Shown in pieces: positions 1-12,643 of a DNA stretch of 64,000 bases. Both the position numbers and the translations under genes were made by a program. Origin of the DNA: Trichoplax adhaerens (Eukaryota; Animalia; Placozoa); assembly GCF_000150275.1 (NCBI RefSeq), contig NW_002060949.1, forward strand, positions 927,836-991,835, in the 5' to 3' direction. Below the pieces are notes generated by a model, which saw nothing but the letters and a program-made list of their open reading frames with translations, searched no databases and had not been told where the DNA came from. Numbering within the stretch: the stretch's first letter is position 1; each line of letters begins with the position of its first letter.

Positions 1-241
1 ACAGTACTGTACTGCACAGTACAGTATGTACTATTCCACTGTACCATCAGTATATTGTACAGTACAGTACAAATTGCAGTTAGAAATGCACAAAGTCTCA
101 AAGATTCATGAGACGTTAACATACTGTACTGTACTGTAGCTAATACAGTAATGTACAGTACAGCGTTACAGTATTTATTAGCTTGTACAGTACTGAAGTA
201 GAAGTCCTTGAGACCTTGACAGAGTGACACTACAGTACTGT
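1..241. promoter_or_regulatory. TACAG/CTGTA-GTAC motif cluster upstream of ATG10 (putative housekeeping-promoter signature)
   Basis: Dense overlapping cagtactg/ctgtacag/tacagta words directly upstream of the ATG10 CDS; similar clusters at 5437-5640 and 18871-19107. Confidence 0.55.
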
Positions 242-422
242 TGACGTTGGATTACGAGAGATGGTTGCGGTCTTATTCCAGTCTTGTAGTTTTTGAATGA
301 ATTAATTTAATCGCCTCCCCTTTTTCAATTTACCTATCCACAGACATGAATATATAGAGTACTCATTTTACTCTTTATGAAAGTATAAACTGTATGTGTG
401 GGTCTATAATAGATATGACAAG

Positions 423-1097
423 ATGGTTTTAGAAGGTAGAATTACTAAAGAAGAATTTAACGACTTGGTTCTCACGCTGATCGAAAAGTCCCAACAATTG
501 CACGATGAATGGGAAAGGATCGAACATGTTTGTGGTGATAAAGTCGTTTATTATTTATGCAAAAGAAATTACTATCGATTAGTTAACCCAACAAGGGTAT
601 CATCCAACAATAATGCTATCTTGGATGATGATACCGATGATGACGAAGCAAATGATATCTTACAAAATTGTAGTACAATTGAACCTGAAGATAACAACTG
701 CTGCAATAGTCTTCCACAAGCGCCTAATAGCCAAAATCACCAACAAGTTTATCATGTTTATGAATATCATATCGTTTATAGTCCGGCTTATTCCGTGCCA
801 GTGTTATATTTTGACCCAAAAACAACCGATGGAAGAAGATTAGCTTTAGAAGAAATTTGGAACACCGTCAATTTAGAATATGCACAAAGTGTTAAGTATG
901 ATGCTTGGTCTTTCATAAGTCAACAAGAACACCCTTTGCTGGGTAGAGTTTTTTACTTTATTCATCCTTGTCACACGTCAAATTTCATGCAAATCATCAC
1001 TGGAAAAGGATCGAATGAAAAACTTTATTTATGCACATGGCTATCTGCAGTCGGCCCTGTTATCGGTTTACAATTGTCCCCATCATATTTCCTGTAA
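423..1097 (+). CDS. ATG10: Autophagy E2-like enzyme ATG10 (CDS uninterrupted)
   Basis: ORF with YEYHIVYSPAYSVPVLYF, SQQEHPLLGRVFYFIHPCHT (catalytic HPC) and C-terminal WLSAVGPVIGL, typical of ATG10. First in-frame ATG at 423 (the ORF track starts at a GTG). Confidence 0.92.
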   Translation: MVLEGRITKEEFNDLVLTLIEKSQQLHDEWERIEHVCGDKVVYYLCKRNYYRLVNPTRVSSNNNAILDDDTDDDEANDILQNCSTIEPEDNNCCNSLPQAPNSQNHQQVYHVYEYHIVYSPAYSVPVLYFDPKTTDGRRLALEEIWNTVNLEYAQSVKYDAWSFISQQEHPLLGRVFYFIHPCHTSNFMQIITGKGSNEKLYLCTWLSAVGPVIGLQLSPSYFL

Positions 1098-1904
1098 ATA
1101 TTGTAACAAAGTCGTGACAAATGTGATATACGCATACCTGTACAGTAAGGTAATCATCGATTACTCTAGTAGTGCCTTACGTGGTACCAACTGATAGCTA
1201 ATTTGTTACAATTTCACAGCTCTTTGCTTTCATATAAAAAGAACAGTATTCAACCCCATTATATTTGAGTTTCATACTATGTACTGTACTCATAATGATA
1301 TGTCCTGTACAAAGTAGTTATAGTATTATTATGCACATAAAGTTGCACGATACGATGATGGAGAACGTAATATATTTATTTATTTTTATATAAAATTGAA
1401 ATGTTGTACTCGCAGTACATAAGATTTATAAGCATTTTATAGAATATAAAACAAGTTATGCCATTGTACATTAAATGTTGTAGTATATTTAATATATAGG
1501 GTATATATTTGTATACTTCATAGTCTTCCTGAGTGCTTGAGCTTGGCATAAGATGAATAGTTAAGATAAGAATCAATGTAAAACTGTATGGTAATATGAG
1601 ACTTGACGTCAAATTTAGCCTATAACGGAGAATCACTCTGAGATGCTCAATAACCAGAATGTAGCAATTTTAGTAGTCGTGGTAATATCCAATATCACTT
1701 TACATAGATACTTCATATACAGTATTGTCCAATTATAAAATTAATCGAACATGACAGAATTACTTAATGCTATATAGATGTTGCATATAGACATTATAAT
1801 CCTAATAATGAAAGATTTAATACTATCTAGAAATGAATAAATATAAAAATTGTATTGACGACTAAAATCTATACAAATTATATTATACAACAAGGAAATT
1901 CAAA

Positions 1905-4900
1905 TCATTGTAACCTGGAGCACCGTTCTGATCCTTTTTCTGATGATTTTTCGAGTTTAGCAATTCGTGATCCGAACTGAATTGCTTTTTTTTCCAATTT
2001 TGATGATTGATGTAATCCTAATGATTGACCAACCTGTCTTAGTAACAATTTATCGCCAACTCCTTTGGGTAATCGTAAATCAGCCTAGCATTAAAAAGTA
2101 GCCACAGCAATGTATGCTTTAGTAATCAAAGTATTTCAGTATATGTTCCAATTTACAAGTTATAATCTACAAAGCTTATCTAGGCTAGCAACCTTATTCC
2201 AAATAGGCAAACTATTCAGAAAAGATACAACGTTTTCATCAAGATAAGGGAATCTGGCCTCTCTGTTGTGATCACTTATACACCTAATAATATTAAATGT
2301 GAAAGATAAAGGATCGCTGTAACATAAAAAGTGAAACAAAAAGAAACAAAATTTCGTACGTCTTTGATTGTTAGACAGCTATAACTTGCGTTAACGATCA
2401 CTATAGCTTAGTAATATAATCTCAGCAAAAATAACGATATTAACCTGTCGTCACGTCCTAAATTGCGTGTAGATATACGTGAGATCTCCATTTCGACTTC
2501 TTTTACCAAACCTTCCCATCCATCTCTCCTATAAATGTGTCACAAAAACAGTTGACAAGAGAATGTCAAAGTCGTATCACACAATATCAACAAGTTTATC
2601 ATACTAAATGAACTAAAATAATTTAATCAACTTTCGCACATGAATCTCGTTCGATGTCTTGCATAACCGGCAAGCTGTTCGTCTGCTCCCATTCCTACAA
2701 GTAGAACCTGAAAAGTATGCACCGGTTAAAAAAAGAGTATTAGTAGAAAGATAAATAAAAGTAGAAGATGATTGCAAATATACAGAGTATATTGTTACGT
2801 TAATTACTAGTTTGTACAATTAAAATACCTTCGCAGAACTACAGTAGGGTAAAAGTGAGCCCTTATCACAATCTCTAATGAATCCTCTTCCTCTAGCAGC
2901 AAACCATATCGCACAGCCGATACTGTCATCTAAAACCGTTCGATGAGGATGGACTAGATGTTTGACGTGATTTTTCCTGAGTGATAAATGTAGTGCTTAA
3001 ATCATATTCTATACACTTTAGATGTAAAATACTGTAAACAATCACAGTGCGTACTACTATATTAAAATATTTTATCTTATTTCTTACCGAACTTCCTGCA
3101 ATTCTTCCGATGAAATATCGACCTAAAACAAACAGTTTAAATTAAATACATTATGATAATTATTATGTTACTTTATAATAATTTCTAAGATCCACAGAAC
3201 TGTTCGCAAAAAGGCGGAAGCAAATTACCTCGATAAAATTCCACTGACGACGTACATTACTTCTACGCAGCTCTTGCAATACTTCTCTACCGCTAATGCG
3301 ATCAGGAACCTCAAATATACTATCACCTGAGTGATTCTTTGTAGCAAAAGCGACATTTATTAGATCTATCGATTCGCCACTTGGTATGTGCCTTAGTAAA
3401 TTTATTAAAGATAATATATAAGACATGTACAATACTAGCTACAGATCGAATACTACAAATTTTATCTAAGAGAATATCTACCTATCTGCTAAAGCAGCTA
3501 CTATGGCAGAATCGATACCTCCAGAGTATAATACTGCAATTCTAGCTTTACGACTGTGCTTAAGGTTCTGTTCTTCGTCAACATTCGCTAAATGTACACC
3601 ACAATCAGGTGAGATACAGCAAACACGTTTTCTAACGGCCTCGCTAAGTATCGAATAAAAATTATCTACTAAGGATTTCTGATAGATTTCATCATCTGCA
3701 TTGTAATTATCTGAGGGAAGTTGTCGAAGAAAAGGCTTCAAATGATTTTTAATTTCCAAATTATCGTGTATGCTATACCAGCGACCAAACGCATCCTTAA
3801 ATTCTGCTAATTCTTGCGGTTGCATACATTGTACTTCAAGATCGATCATGTTCAGCCTATAAGGACTATGCCATGGGTAAAGTTGAACCGATTGACTGTA
3901 TTCAGTCAATTGCATCCCACCATTAGCTACATTCAGTCGCGTTAGATTAAGGCAAAAAATCCCGAGTGCGGGAAGTTCAAACCATTCCTGTGAAATGTAC
4001 GTGCTGATATCAATAGTTGTGCTTTTACAGCGAATTAGTAAGACATCAGGTTTACAGGAAAAAATTTTTTAAATCTACTAACATATTCGCTACATTTTGG
4101 GGCTACGGAAGAGAGTGCAAAGTAATCATTTTCATTAATCGGTAAATGAACAAGTAAGCTACGTCTACCAAATATATCACGTCCAAACCATAAAAGATTG
4201 CTAGCTGCCTAAAGTGAAAAATAGAATATCGATTACAAGAATAGGATGTACTTTCGATACCTCAATAACTATGATAAATAATTAATGAAAAGTTCATATG
4301 GCACAATTATTAATTATTATCTTAGGACTATACTGCATAGTGTTAAGTCAATTAATATAGTAGCATGGTATTTCATTTTCATGCAAACAGTAATTTAAGT
4401 CCTTTGAGATGAACGTGCTTTGGTGTGTTTAATGTTAGTACGCGTATTTCTATGACAATAATTGGCAGCACTACAGCTACAAGTTACTATAAAACCGGTA
4501 TTATACTTTGTTTAAATCATCACAGCGTAATATCGGTTACCTATAGTCACAGTACTAAAGTCTAGTCAGTTGATTACCTGATAATATATAAATGCATATG
4601 GTCCATCTATTTTCGAAAACGCATTTAAAATATCCTTTACTGCAGCACCACTTGCTTGTAAATAATTTAGCAAGCTCATAGTATCGCTTTCAGTTTCTTC
4701 GACCTAACATAATGGACGAATGTCACTTACGAATTTCAGCCTGTTTGTCAAAAGCTTATTCGTATCATATCGAAATTTTTTAAACCTCTAGGCCTCCAAA
4801 TATTTCCCCATTCCATAATAATACATTTCCGTTAGCATCGATAGCCGGCTGGCATCCTAATTTCTCTCCTCTAAGATGTAGCACACAGCCATGAAAGTTC

Positions 4901-5263
4901 ATCGTTTTGCTAGTACCATTGACACGGATATCATGAAAGCCTTGATAATCAGATCCTCTTCGCGCAATGAGTTGGAGGGCCTTCTCATAATATGGCTGTC
5001 CATTACATAAAAGCAAGCAATGCCGTAATTATAAATTTTTCGATTAAAGTTAAAATTATGGAGGTCAACCGAAATGATAAGGTTCTATCATTGTAAGCAG
5101 CTGTAAATAGCCTGTAATAACATCGAATGACAGGAGCATTACATTTTTACATGCAATGCATAATGAATTGCAGTGCTGTACATTTACACGAATGCGAGTG
5201 TACAATTCATACCTTAAACTCTGTTGCATGACTAAATTGCAGCCAAAAGCAAATACCGCACAT
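1905..5263 (-). CDS. ASNSD1: Asparagine synthetase domain-containing protein 1 (multi-exon)
   Basis: N-terminal MCGI (Ntn-type Cys2; exon 5213-5263), [54 protein letters not shown], and C-terminal [14 protein letters not shown] ending at TGA 1905-1907. GT-AG introns where checked. Confidence 0.93.
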
Positions 5264-5436
5264 GCTGAGATTGCGTTTGTTAATGACTTTGCAGACGCAT
5301 TCCAAATTTTCTGCAGCATTGAATGAAAAAGTGATTGGAAAGAGCTCGGTAACTACGGATACTACAACAACGGACGTACGGACTAATTGCACCTGGCGCA
5401 CTCTGGTATCATACGATATTTCGAACGAAATCGATT

Positions 5437-5640
5437 GTAGTACTAAATACAGTACACTGTACAGTAGGCTGGGACTCAGGTGTTTGCTTCGATCACAAAC
5501 CGGTGGCGCATACTGTACAGTACAGTACACTGTACACTGTACAGTAGGAGCTCTGGATACTGTACCAAGTACTGTACTGTATGTACTGTAAAGTATAGTG
5601 GTACAGTACAGTACTGTATTCTGTAGTCTAATGCAGTACA
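5437..5640. promoter_or_regulatory. Bidirectional promoter region ASNSD1/GET3 with TACAG/CTGTA motif cluster
   Basis: Lies between divergent start codons (5263 minus, 5956 plus) and is packed with tactgtacagtacagta-type words. Confidence 0.65.
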
Positions 5641-5955
5641 ACTCGATCTCTGTTTAGCAAAAGAGCAGTTGAGAGAATTCGATTTTGCAGTAAATTATCC
5701 TGCATAATTTTCTACAGTTAATTTTTTGCCCAAGTATCACTGTGATACTTGCAAAACGTCATGTAAGCGTGATTTACTAACTAGATCTTTTACTGTATAT
5801 TCGGCTTAAAATTAGAATACGTAGATGATGAGAATGATGATGTTAATTCATTGCATTTTTATCTGGCCTCATTTGATTTTATGTTGAATTGATCGCAGAT
5901 ACTTCTACAACATCAGCAAGTACTTACAAGATTCTACTGTTGTAATTTCATCATC

Positions 5956-8335
5956 ATGGCAAGTTATGCTCAAGAAGAGGACGAGTTTCAGGAATGTTAC
6001 GAACCTTTAGAGCCAACATTACGAAATGTTATTGATCAGTCTTCGTTACGCTGGATATTCGTTGGTGGTAAAGGCGGTGTTGGAAAGACAACATGTAGGC
6101 AAGTATTTGAATAATCAAAAAGGAGCTTCTTCCTTGCTAAGCCGTCATGCGATACAATTGTCAACCGATTTACTGCGTGTTAGTAAAGTATACTTTATGG
6201 CTGATATTATCTTGATAATGAATAATGATAGAGTAGTGATGAAATAGTATTCGTTAGTTAAAATAGCTATTCCAGTCTGGTATCTTTTACAACCTACTGT
6301 ATGTACAGTACTAAAATATTTGCAAGAGCTTTTGAATATAATCAGATGTGAATTTATCCAATGTAATGGTCTTTCCTACGTATGGTAGAATGTCGCTTTT
6401 AAAATTGTACATCTGAAGCAGTTCCTTGTAATTTGTTAGATAGATAAGTGAACTTCATCTTTGCTATGTATTAGCAGATTGATAGAATAGCTAAGGCTGC
6501 CTCTTCAGTACTGTCGTCTATCTAGTGTGTCCCCTCTAAAGTATTATGATATGATCTTTATGAAAGGATAAGAGAGCACACCTGAAGCGGACAGTATGGT
6601 ATTAGCCATAGCAACTAAACATGCCGAGTACACAATATCAAAGTAGTCTACAGTTAAGCTAAGCCGCTATCTAACGTAGATGTATATACTGTACATAGCA
6701 TTACTTAGGCTATGCAATTGTAAATTTTGGATCGTTAGTACCACTATCAGTATTACTACAATATCATTAGCATATTTCTAATTTTCTGTACTTTGCACAC
6801 TTTAGTTGTAGCTTAGCAATACAGCTAGCCAAAGTTCGTGACTCCGTTTTAATTGTTTCCACCGATCCGGCCCACAATATCTCTGATACCTTTGGCCAAA
6901 AATTTACTGGCGAAGCAACGCCAGTAAACGGATTCAACAATTTGTTCGCTATGGTAAAAAAATTCCTATGATTTGTCAATAGATAATGTAATGTTGCGAT
7001 AATATGGCCACTTTCTTGAATGTATGTATTCGACTATATTATATCTTGTCTATTCATGTATAGGAAATCAACCCAGCATCAACTCTTGATAACGTGACAA
7101 GTAAGAATTTGTACTTATTAAAGCTTGTCTTCGATTTAAATCGGTTCTGTTCGTCAGTATATTGTTTTCCGTCAGTCAGTCGATATCTTCTCATTAAATG
7201 GTGTATAGTATGTACACGAATTCATAGATGGATCCTTATCTTACAGATAATTCTAGCAATCCACTTATAAAAAATTTGATGAGTTCTATTCCTGGGATTG
7301 ATGAAGCCTTTGGTTTTATGGAAGTTCTAAAGTACGTAAATGCTTGAATAACAAAATCTGACCTATTCTCAAGTATATTTAATAGGCTACAATTATGTTT
7401 TTCTTATTTTTTAATAGTTTAATTAAAGACTATAACTTCTCTGTCGTGGTATTCGATACTGCCCCTACTGGCCATACTTTGCGATTTTTATCCCTTCCGA
7501 AGACATTTGAGGGAATCCTCCCAATGTTTTCAGGTTCTGCAGCACAACAGTCAGTCGTTAATCAGGTAAATTAAAATGAAATTGATACACTGGCTGTTAA
7601 TTAATAGTCAACATATTGATCTACAATATTTCATCCATTAGTTTGCTAGTCTTATGGGGTTTAAATCACTTGGTGAAGGAGATAATGTTCACACAGCTAT
7701 GCCGCTAATCCAATCCGTTAGTGAACAGTTTAGAGATCCTGTAAGTAACGCGCCCTTTATTATCTATGATTTCTGTTGCTGTTATTTCTATACAATGTTA
7801 ATGGTAATGGTAATCTTTCTGTATTATAACCAGGAATTAACTACCTTTGTTTGCGTGTGTATTGCTGAATTTCTTTCACTATACGAGACTGAGAGACTAG
7901 TTCAAGAATTGTCAAAGTTTGGCATTGACACTCATAATGTTATCGTAAATCAACTTGTCTTTCCATCGACAGGTAAATCTGTACTGTACTTACGCAAAAA
8001 TAATTAAATACTGCAGTCTTGATCGGCAATGTTATATTCACCTAATATTAATTAATTCTGTTATACAGACAAAAGTTGCGAATTATGTTCCGCTCGCCAA
8101 AAGATCCAAAAGAAGTATCTTGATCAGGTACGAACGATAGTGATGTAATACATTTTCAGCTCAACTTACTATTTCTTAATAAAATGATATTGCTATAATA
8201 CCTCTATAGATTATCGACCTATACGAAGACTTTCATATTATTAAGCTCCCCTTATTACCCCATGAAGTACGAGGATCAAACCATTTAAGAATGTTTTCAG
8301 AGTACCTGTTTAAAGGCTATTCGGTATCGTCATGA
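5956..8335 (+). CDS. GET3: ATPase GET3/ASNA1 (TRC40), tail-anchored protein targeting factor (multi-exon)
   Basis: [21 protein letters not shown]-loop, [49 protein letters not shown] (CxxC) and [16 protein letters not shown]; stop TGA 8333-8335. First coding intron 6099-6805 is GC-AG. Confidence 0.96.
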
Positions 8336-10462
8336 TGTCTATCATAGAAAACGCACAAGTTAACAATCGCCTTCGTAAACTATTTCTTACGGAGACACCG
8401 TTGTTAAATCGATACTTTCTGAGATCTCCAGATGAAATTAAAACTATTTATGTTTTCATTTAATCAGATTATTACTTATAATTGGTAAATACAATTCATC
8501 AGATAAAGATGCAGCAAAGTATTAAAATATCTATAAATGAATATACAGTATGATTACTGGTATAAAATTGTGTAATATTTTTCTTATATGGATGTCAAAT
8601 AGTATAAGTCTGTTGTATTATCACTTGTAGATAATTCTGAGTAGCGTGCGTGTACACTGTACATTACTGTATTGTGAAATAAGTTTCAATGCAATGCTTG
8701 GCATGATTAACACTGATGTTTTACTGCCTGCATCATTTTTGATAGCAGCGACAAAAAGCGCATGTAATGTGTTCATAGTGTAACACCACGGCAAATGGAC
8801 AAATATGATGTGTAAATGAAATCATTTGTTTAATTGCACAAGTATTTTAGTAGTCATAGGAAAGAAAGAATTGATATAATTAAATTCTTACAAATATCCA
8901 GTATACTTATATAATGCAAGAAATTTAATAATTTGCTATACTGAATATGTATATGCGTTCTTGCTTTGTACAACTACCATGAGCATATTAAAATTAATTA
9001 GTGAAATAGCATAAGCTCTTTCTACTGACTACGGTTATACTGACATTCAACACTGTATATTGTCACTGTCAGTTGTAACGATGCTGTAATTAACCATGTG
9101 TAATTTCCTTCGTTACAGTTTCGCACAAAAATTCGTGAGATATTTAATATAAGAATTTATCACTAACTGAAATTCATTCGTAATTAGCCGGTAAGCATAC
9201 GCTGCCGCCAATGGATCGCTTTCTTTCGTTTTACTGTAAAGCATAATCGACCCTGATACGTTAGATCTAGTCTTAATGCAACGCCAGTCATTTAAGGTAT
9301 GTTCACTGACGATTAATTTTAAATTAAATAAAGTTCGAGCTAATGCTGAGTATATACACTTACGAAATTGTGTCATAGTGTCATCATAGATTCATACTCA
9401 TCCAATGCTAGCGCTGTATACTCGTACACATATACATTGATCGTGCCAATTATAAATTATTAGAGAAAGATATTCTTTTGATCATCGAGCTAAAAGAACT
9501 ATCTAGGGTTATCCCTTGTATAGCACGAATAATAACTCTATTTCGGAATTAAAACGCATGCTGCACTGCATAGTTGAGAGCGTTATATACATTAACTTGA
9601 TGGGCAATTGTAAGGATTTTTTTAATATTAGATTGATAAAGAAATGTTGAGCATCTCAACTGCCAATCTAAAAATTTCTAATAATAATACAATGCCCAGA
9701 ATATCGAAATTATAAATAAAACTAAACTATCCAATAAACATGAATGGATTGCTGTCCTTATCCAAAAATCTCTATTTTAAAATGGGACTAATTACTATTA
9801 AATAACATAGCCAGCGTTATAGAACCATACTAAGAGGTCAATAATTGTAAAAGGAATTATTATAACCTTTATTTTTCAAATGGTAATTGTTTACGAAGTG
9901 GAAGTAAGCCATATTATGCGTCATTGCATCGTTGCAGCTTTTATCTAACTTGATGCAGTACTTTTACCGTGTTTCTACCTAGTTAATATGGTACAGTCGA
10001 GCGTCACAGATAAATATATAATGTGTGTGTAATACTATTATACCATAGTTGAACGTGTTCGGTCTGCGTATTTCACGCAGGCAGATCGGCGAGTAACTAA
10101 CTTAGACACTGATCAAATGTCGATAGTGCCTATCATTTCCCTCCTTCAGATATTATAGCTATATCACTGGCAATATGTAGATCGTCAAAGGATATTATAG
10201 AAAATGATGGGTTAAATTCATCATAATTTGCATCTAAAAAGAAATCCTTACCTTACCATATGTCAGTAATTATTTTATTACAGCGTGGTCAATTATCATA
10301 CAGGTATTAATTAGTATCCATTAGATTAGATAAAACACAGTCAAAGACTAGTTGGGATTATCAACGTAAGCAAATTTTGCATCAAGGATTTCGTCCATCT
10401 ATCGAATCGAATTTTATAAATATCCATAGAATTTGGTACACTGTGCTTCGGTCTCTATCAAC

Positions 10463-12643
10463 ATGGATATTTTGATCCATAAATTGACTTGCTCAAGTTG
10501 CGGAAATATCTTTAATGAGCCAAAGATTCTTCCATGCCTACATACTTTTTGTAAAAATTGCATAGAGGCATTTATGGCTGAAGGAAGTGCATTTTGTCCC
10601 GTCTGTAACAAGAAAATAGGTATGAGGCATATTGATGAATTATCTGATAATGTCTTTTTACATAGCGCTTTTGATATGCTGGCGTTAATGAAAGATAGAG
10701 AATCTTTTAATTGCGACGTTTGTGATCCTGGTGATAGTAATAGTGTAGCTTTCTTTCGTTGTCCTGAGTGTATGCAATATTTATGCGAGCTGCATGGTAG
10801 TGCTCATTTAAAAGCAAGAGCTACTAAATCTCATCAGTTATTCACTATTGATCAACTTCTCTCCAGTTGGAATTTGGCCCATCTTAATCGCCCCGCTTGC
10901 TGTAGTCAGCATTTTAAAGAACATTTATCAAGTTTTTGTGAGCAATGCGACTACCCAGTATGCAATATATGCATAGTTAATGAACACAAAGGACATCCTC
11001 ATATGGCTATTGATCATGCTAGCAATATTTTCAAACCTACAACAAGTAATTTAATCGGAGAAGCTAAACCTCGTATCATAGAACTGCGCGACGCTATTTC
11101 TGGAATTGAAGAAATGTGTAAGAATATTAGCGAAAATGCTGATTTAGCTCTTGATGATATCGAGGAATGCTTCAATAGACAAATTAACACCTTAATGGAG
11201 CGTCGAAAGCAACTAGTAACCGAAGTTCAGACCTGCAGAATGGAACGACTAGAAGCTTTACATGAACAACGAGATAGGTTACAAATGCGACTGTTAAGTG
11301 TGAGTGAGATGTACAGTTTTGTAAATGATGCCGTTAAAAACGGCAATGCTGCAGATTATTTGGATATCAAAAATGCAATTAACGAACAACTTCAAGCAAT
11401 CATCAAGCATAAAGAAGAATTAGATGTTGTTGAAGAAGACTATATAGCATTTCATCCTAACGATATTGCTACTCAGGTAGCAATTAAATTCCTCGGCTAT
11501 ATCGATACACGCTATGCTTATCCTCCTTTATGTACAGCAGAAGGTCCCGGCTTAGAAATAGCTAGAAGAGTCGAGCCTACTGTCTTTACAGTGTTAACGA
11601 AAGATAAAAAAGGTAAACTATTAACTCGTGGCAGTGACAACATTGAGGTTATCATTGAAGGGAAAGGGAGAAAAGATGTACAAATTATCGACAATGAAGA
11701 TGGAAGTTATACAGTAACTTATATTCCAATACCAATTAGTGAAAATGTTGTTCATATATATGTGAAAGGTCTACCAATTTTAGGGAGTCCTTTTAGAGTT
11801 CCCTTTAATGTACGTGATTACACAAATATTACTTCGCCATTAATTATATTAGGTAGATATGGACTCAATATAGGTGAATTTCGTTCACCATCTGGGGTCG
11901 CTATTGACGATAAGAGGTGCCTACTAGCTGTTTGCGATCGAGATAATATTAGAATCCAAATATTTGATTTAGCTAGTTATGAGCATGTCAGTAGTATCGA
12001 TGTTTCAGGTCATATGCAAGATGGCCCATTCGACATTGCTATTGACGGCAAAGGTCGTTTATTAACAACTGATCCAAAAGGCAATGGTATATTTGTCTTC
12101 GATGGTGATGGAAATATGTTATATAAAATTGGAAGCCGAGGGCAAGAAGCTGGCCAATTTGGCGGGCTATGTTATATTGCTGTTGATAATGCAAATAATA
12201 TCTATATCTGTGATAGCGATAATTCCCGCATCCAAGTATTTGAAGAAAGGGGTACTCTAGTAGACTGCTATGGTAACTATGGAAATGAAATGAGACAATT
12301 TAATTTGCCCGCGGGTATTTCAATAGGATCGAATAGCAATATCTATATCGCCGATCGAGGCAATCATCGTATACAAATTCTGGATTCTAATGGTCAATTT
12401 ATTCATGCATTTGGCGTAAGAGGTAGTCTTAATGGAGAATTTGATTTTCCTCATGGCATAGCAACAGATGTTCAAAATAACGTTATTGTTGCCGATCATT
12501 ACAATACTAGGTTGCAAATTTTTAATTCAGAAGGAGAGATTATACATAAAATTGATAACATCATCTTACCACATTGTGTCGCCTGTGATCGATGTGGACA
12601 TATTTATGTTACAACTAAGGATAATAGGATTTATGTATTTTAG
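10463..12643 (+). CDS. TRIM-NHL E3 ubiquitin ligase (TRIM2/3/45/71-like: RING, 2 B-boxes, coiled coil, filamin repeat, NHL repeats)
   Basis: C3HC4 RING (CSSC..LPCLHTFC..C..CPVC), B-box1 (CDVC..CPEC..LCELH), B-box2 (CSQH..FCEQC..C..C..H..H), coiled coil, filamin (AEGPGL..DNEDGSYTVTY..GSPF), NHL repeats (F..P.GVA/IA..DR.NHRIQ). First ATG 10463; an acceptor-like AG at 10428-10429 allows an upstream exon. Confidence 0.9.
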   Translation: MDILIHKLTCSSCGNIFNEPKILPCLHTFCKNCIEAFMAEGSAFCPVCNKKIGMRHIDELSDNVFLHSAFDMLALMKDRESFNCDVCDPGDSNSVAFFRCPECMQYLCELHGSAHLKARATKSHQLFTIDQLLSSWNLAHLNRPACCSQHFKEHLSSFCEQCDYPVCNICIVNEHKGHPHMAIDHASNIFKPTTSNLIGEAKPRIIELRDAISGIEEMCKNISENADLALDDIEECFNRQINTLMERRKQLVTEVQTCRMERLEALHEQRDRLQMRLLSVSEMYSFVNDAVKNGNAADYLDIKNAINEQLQAIIKHKEELDVVEEDYIAFHPNDIATQVAIKFLGYIDTRYAYPPLCTAEGPGLEIARRVEPTVFTVLTKDKKGKLLTRGSDNIEVIIEGKGRKDVQIIDNEDGSYTVTYIPIPISENVVHIYVKGLPILGSPFRVPFNVRDYTNITSPLIILGRYGLNIGEFRSPSGVAIDDKRCLLAVCDRDNIRIQIFDLASYEHVSSIDVSGHMQDGPFDIAIDGKGRLLTTDPKGNGIFVFDGDGNMLYKIGSRGQEAGQFGGLCYIAVDNANNIYICDSDNSRIQVFEERGTLVDCYGNYGNEMRQFNLPAGISIGSNSNIYIADRGNHRIQILDSNGQFIHAFGVRGSLNGEFDFPHGIATDVQNNVIVADHYNTRLQIFNSEGEIIHKIDNIILPHCVACDRCGHIYVTTKDNRIYVF

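Noticed and set aside
5280-5412. Searched for an ASDURF-like upstream ORF in the ASNSD1 leader
   Set aside because: Only a hypothetical spliced 16-aa uORF (MIPECARKFGMRLQSH) can be built. It is far too short and shows no resemblance to the prefoldin-like ASDURF.
5207-5641. ORFs 5207-5641(-), 5262-5591(+), 18793-19008(+) and 18920-19126(+), rich in Y/C/T/V/S/Q
   Set aside because: They are translations of the promoter motif islands. Only the MCGI...EFK end of the first one is real ASNSD1 coding sequence.
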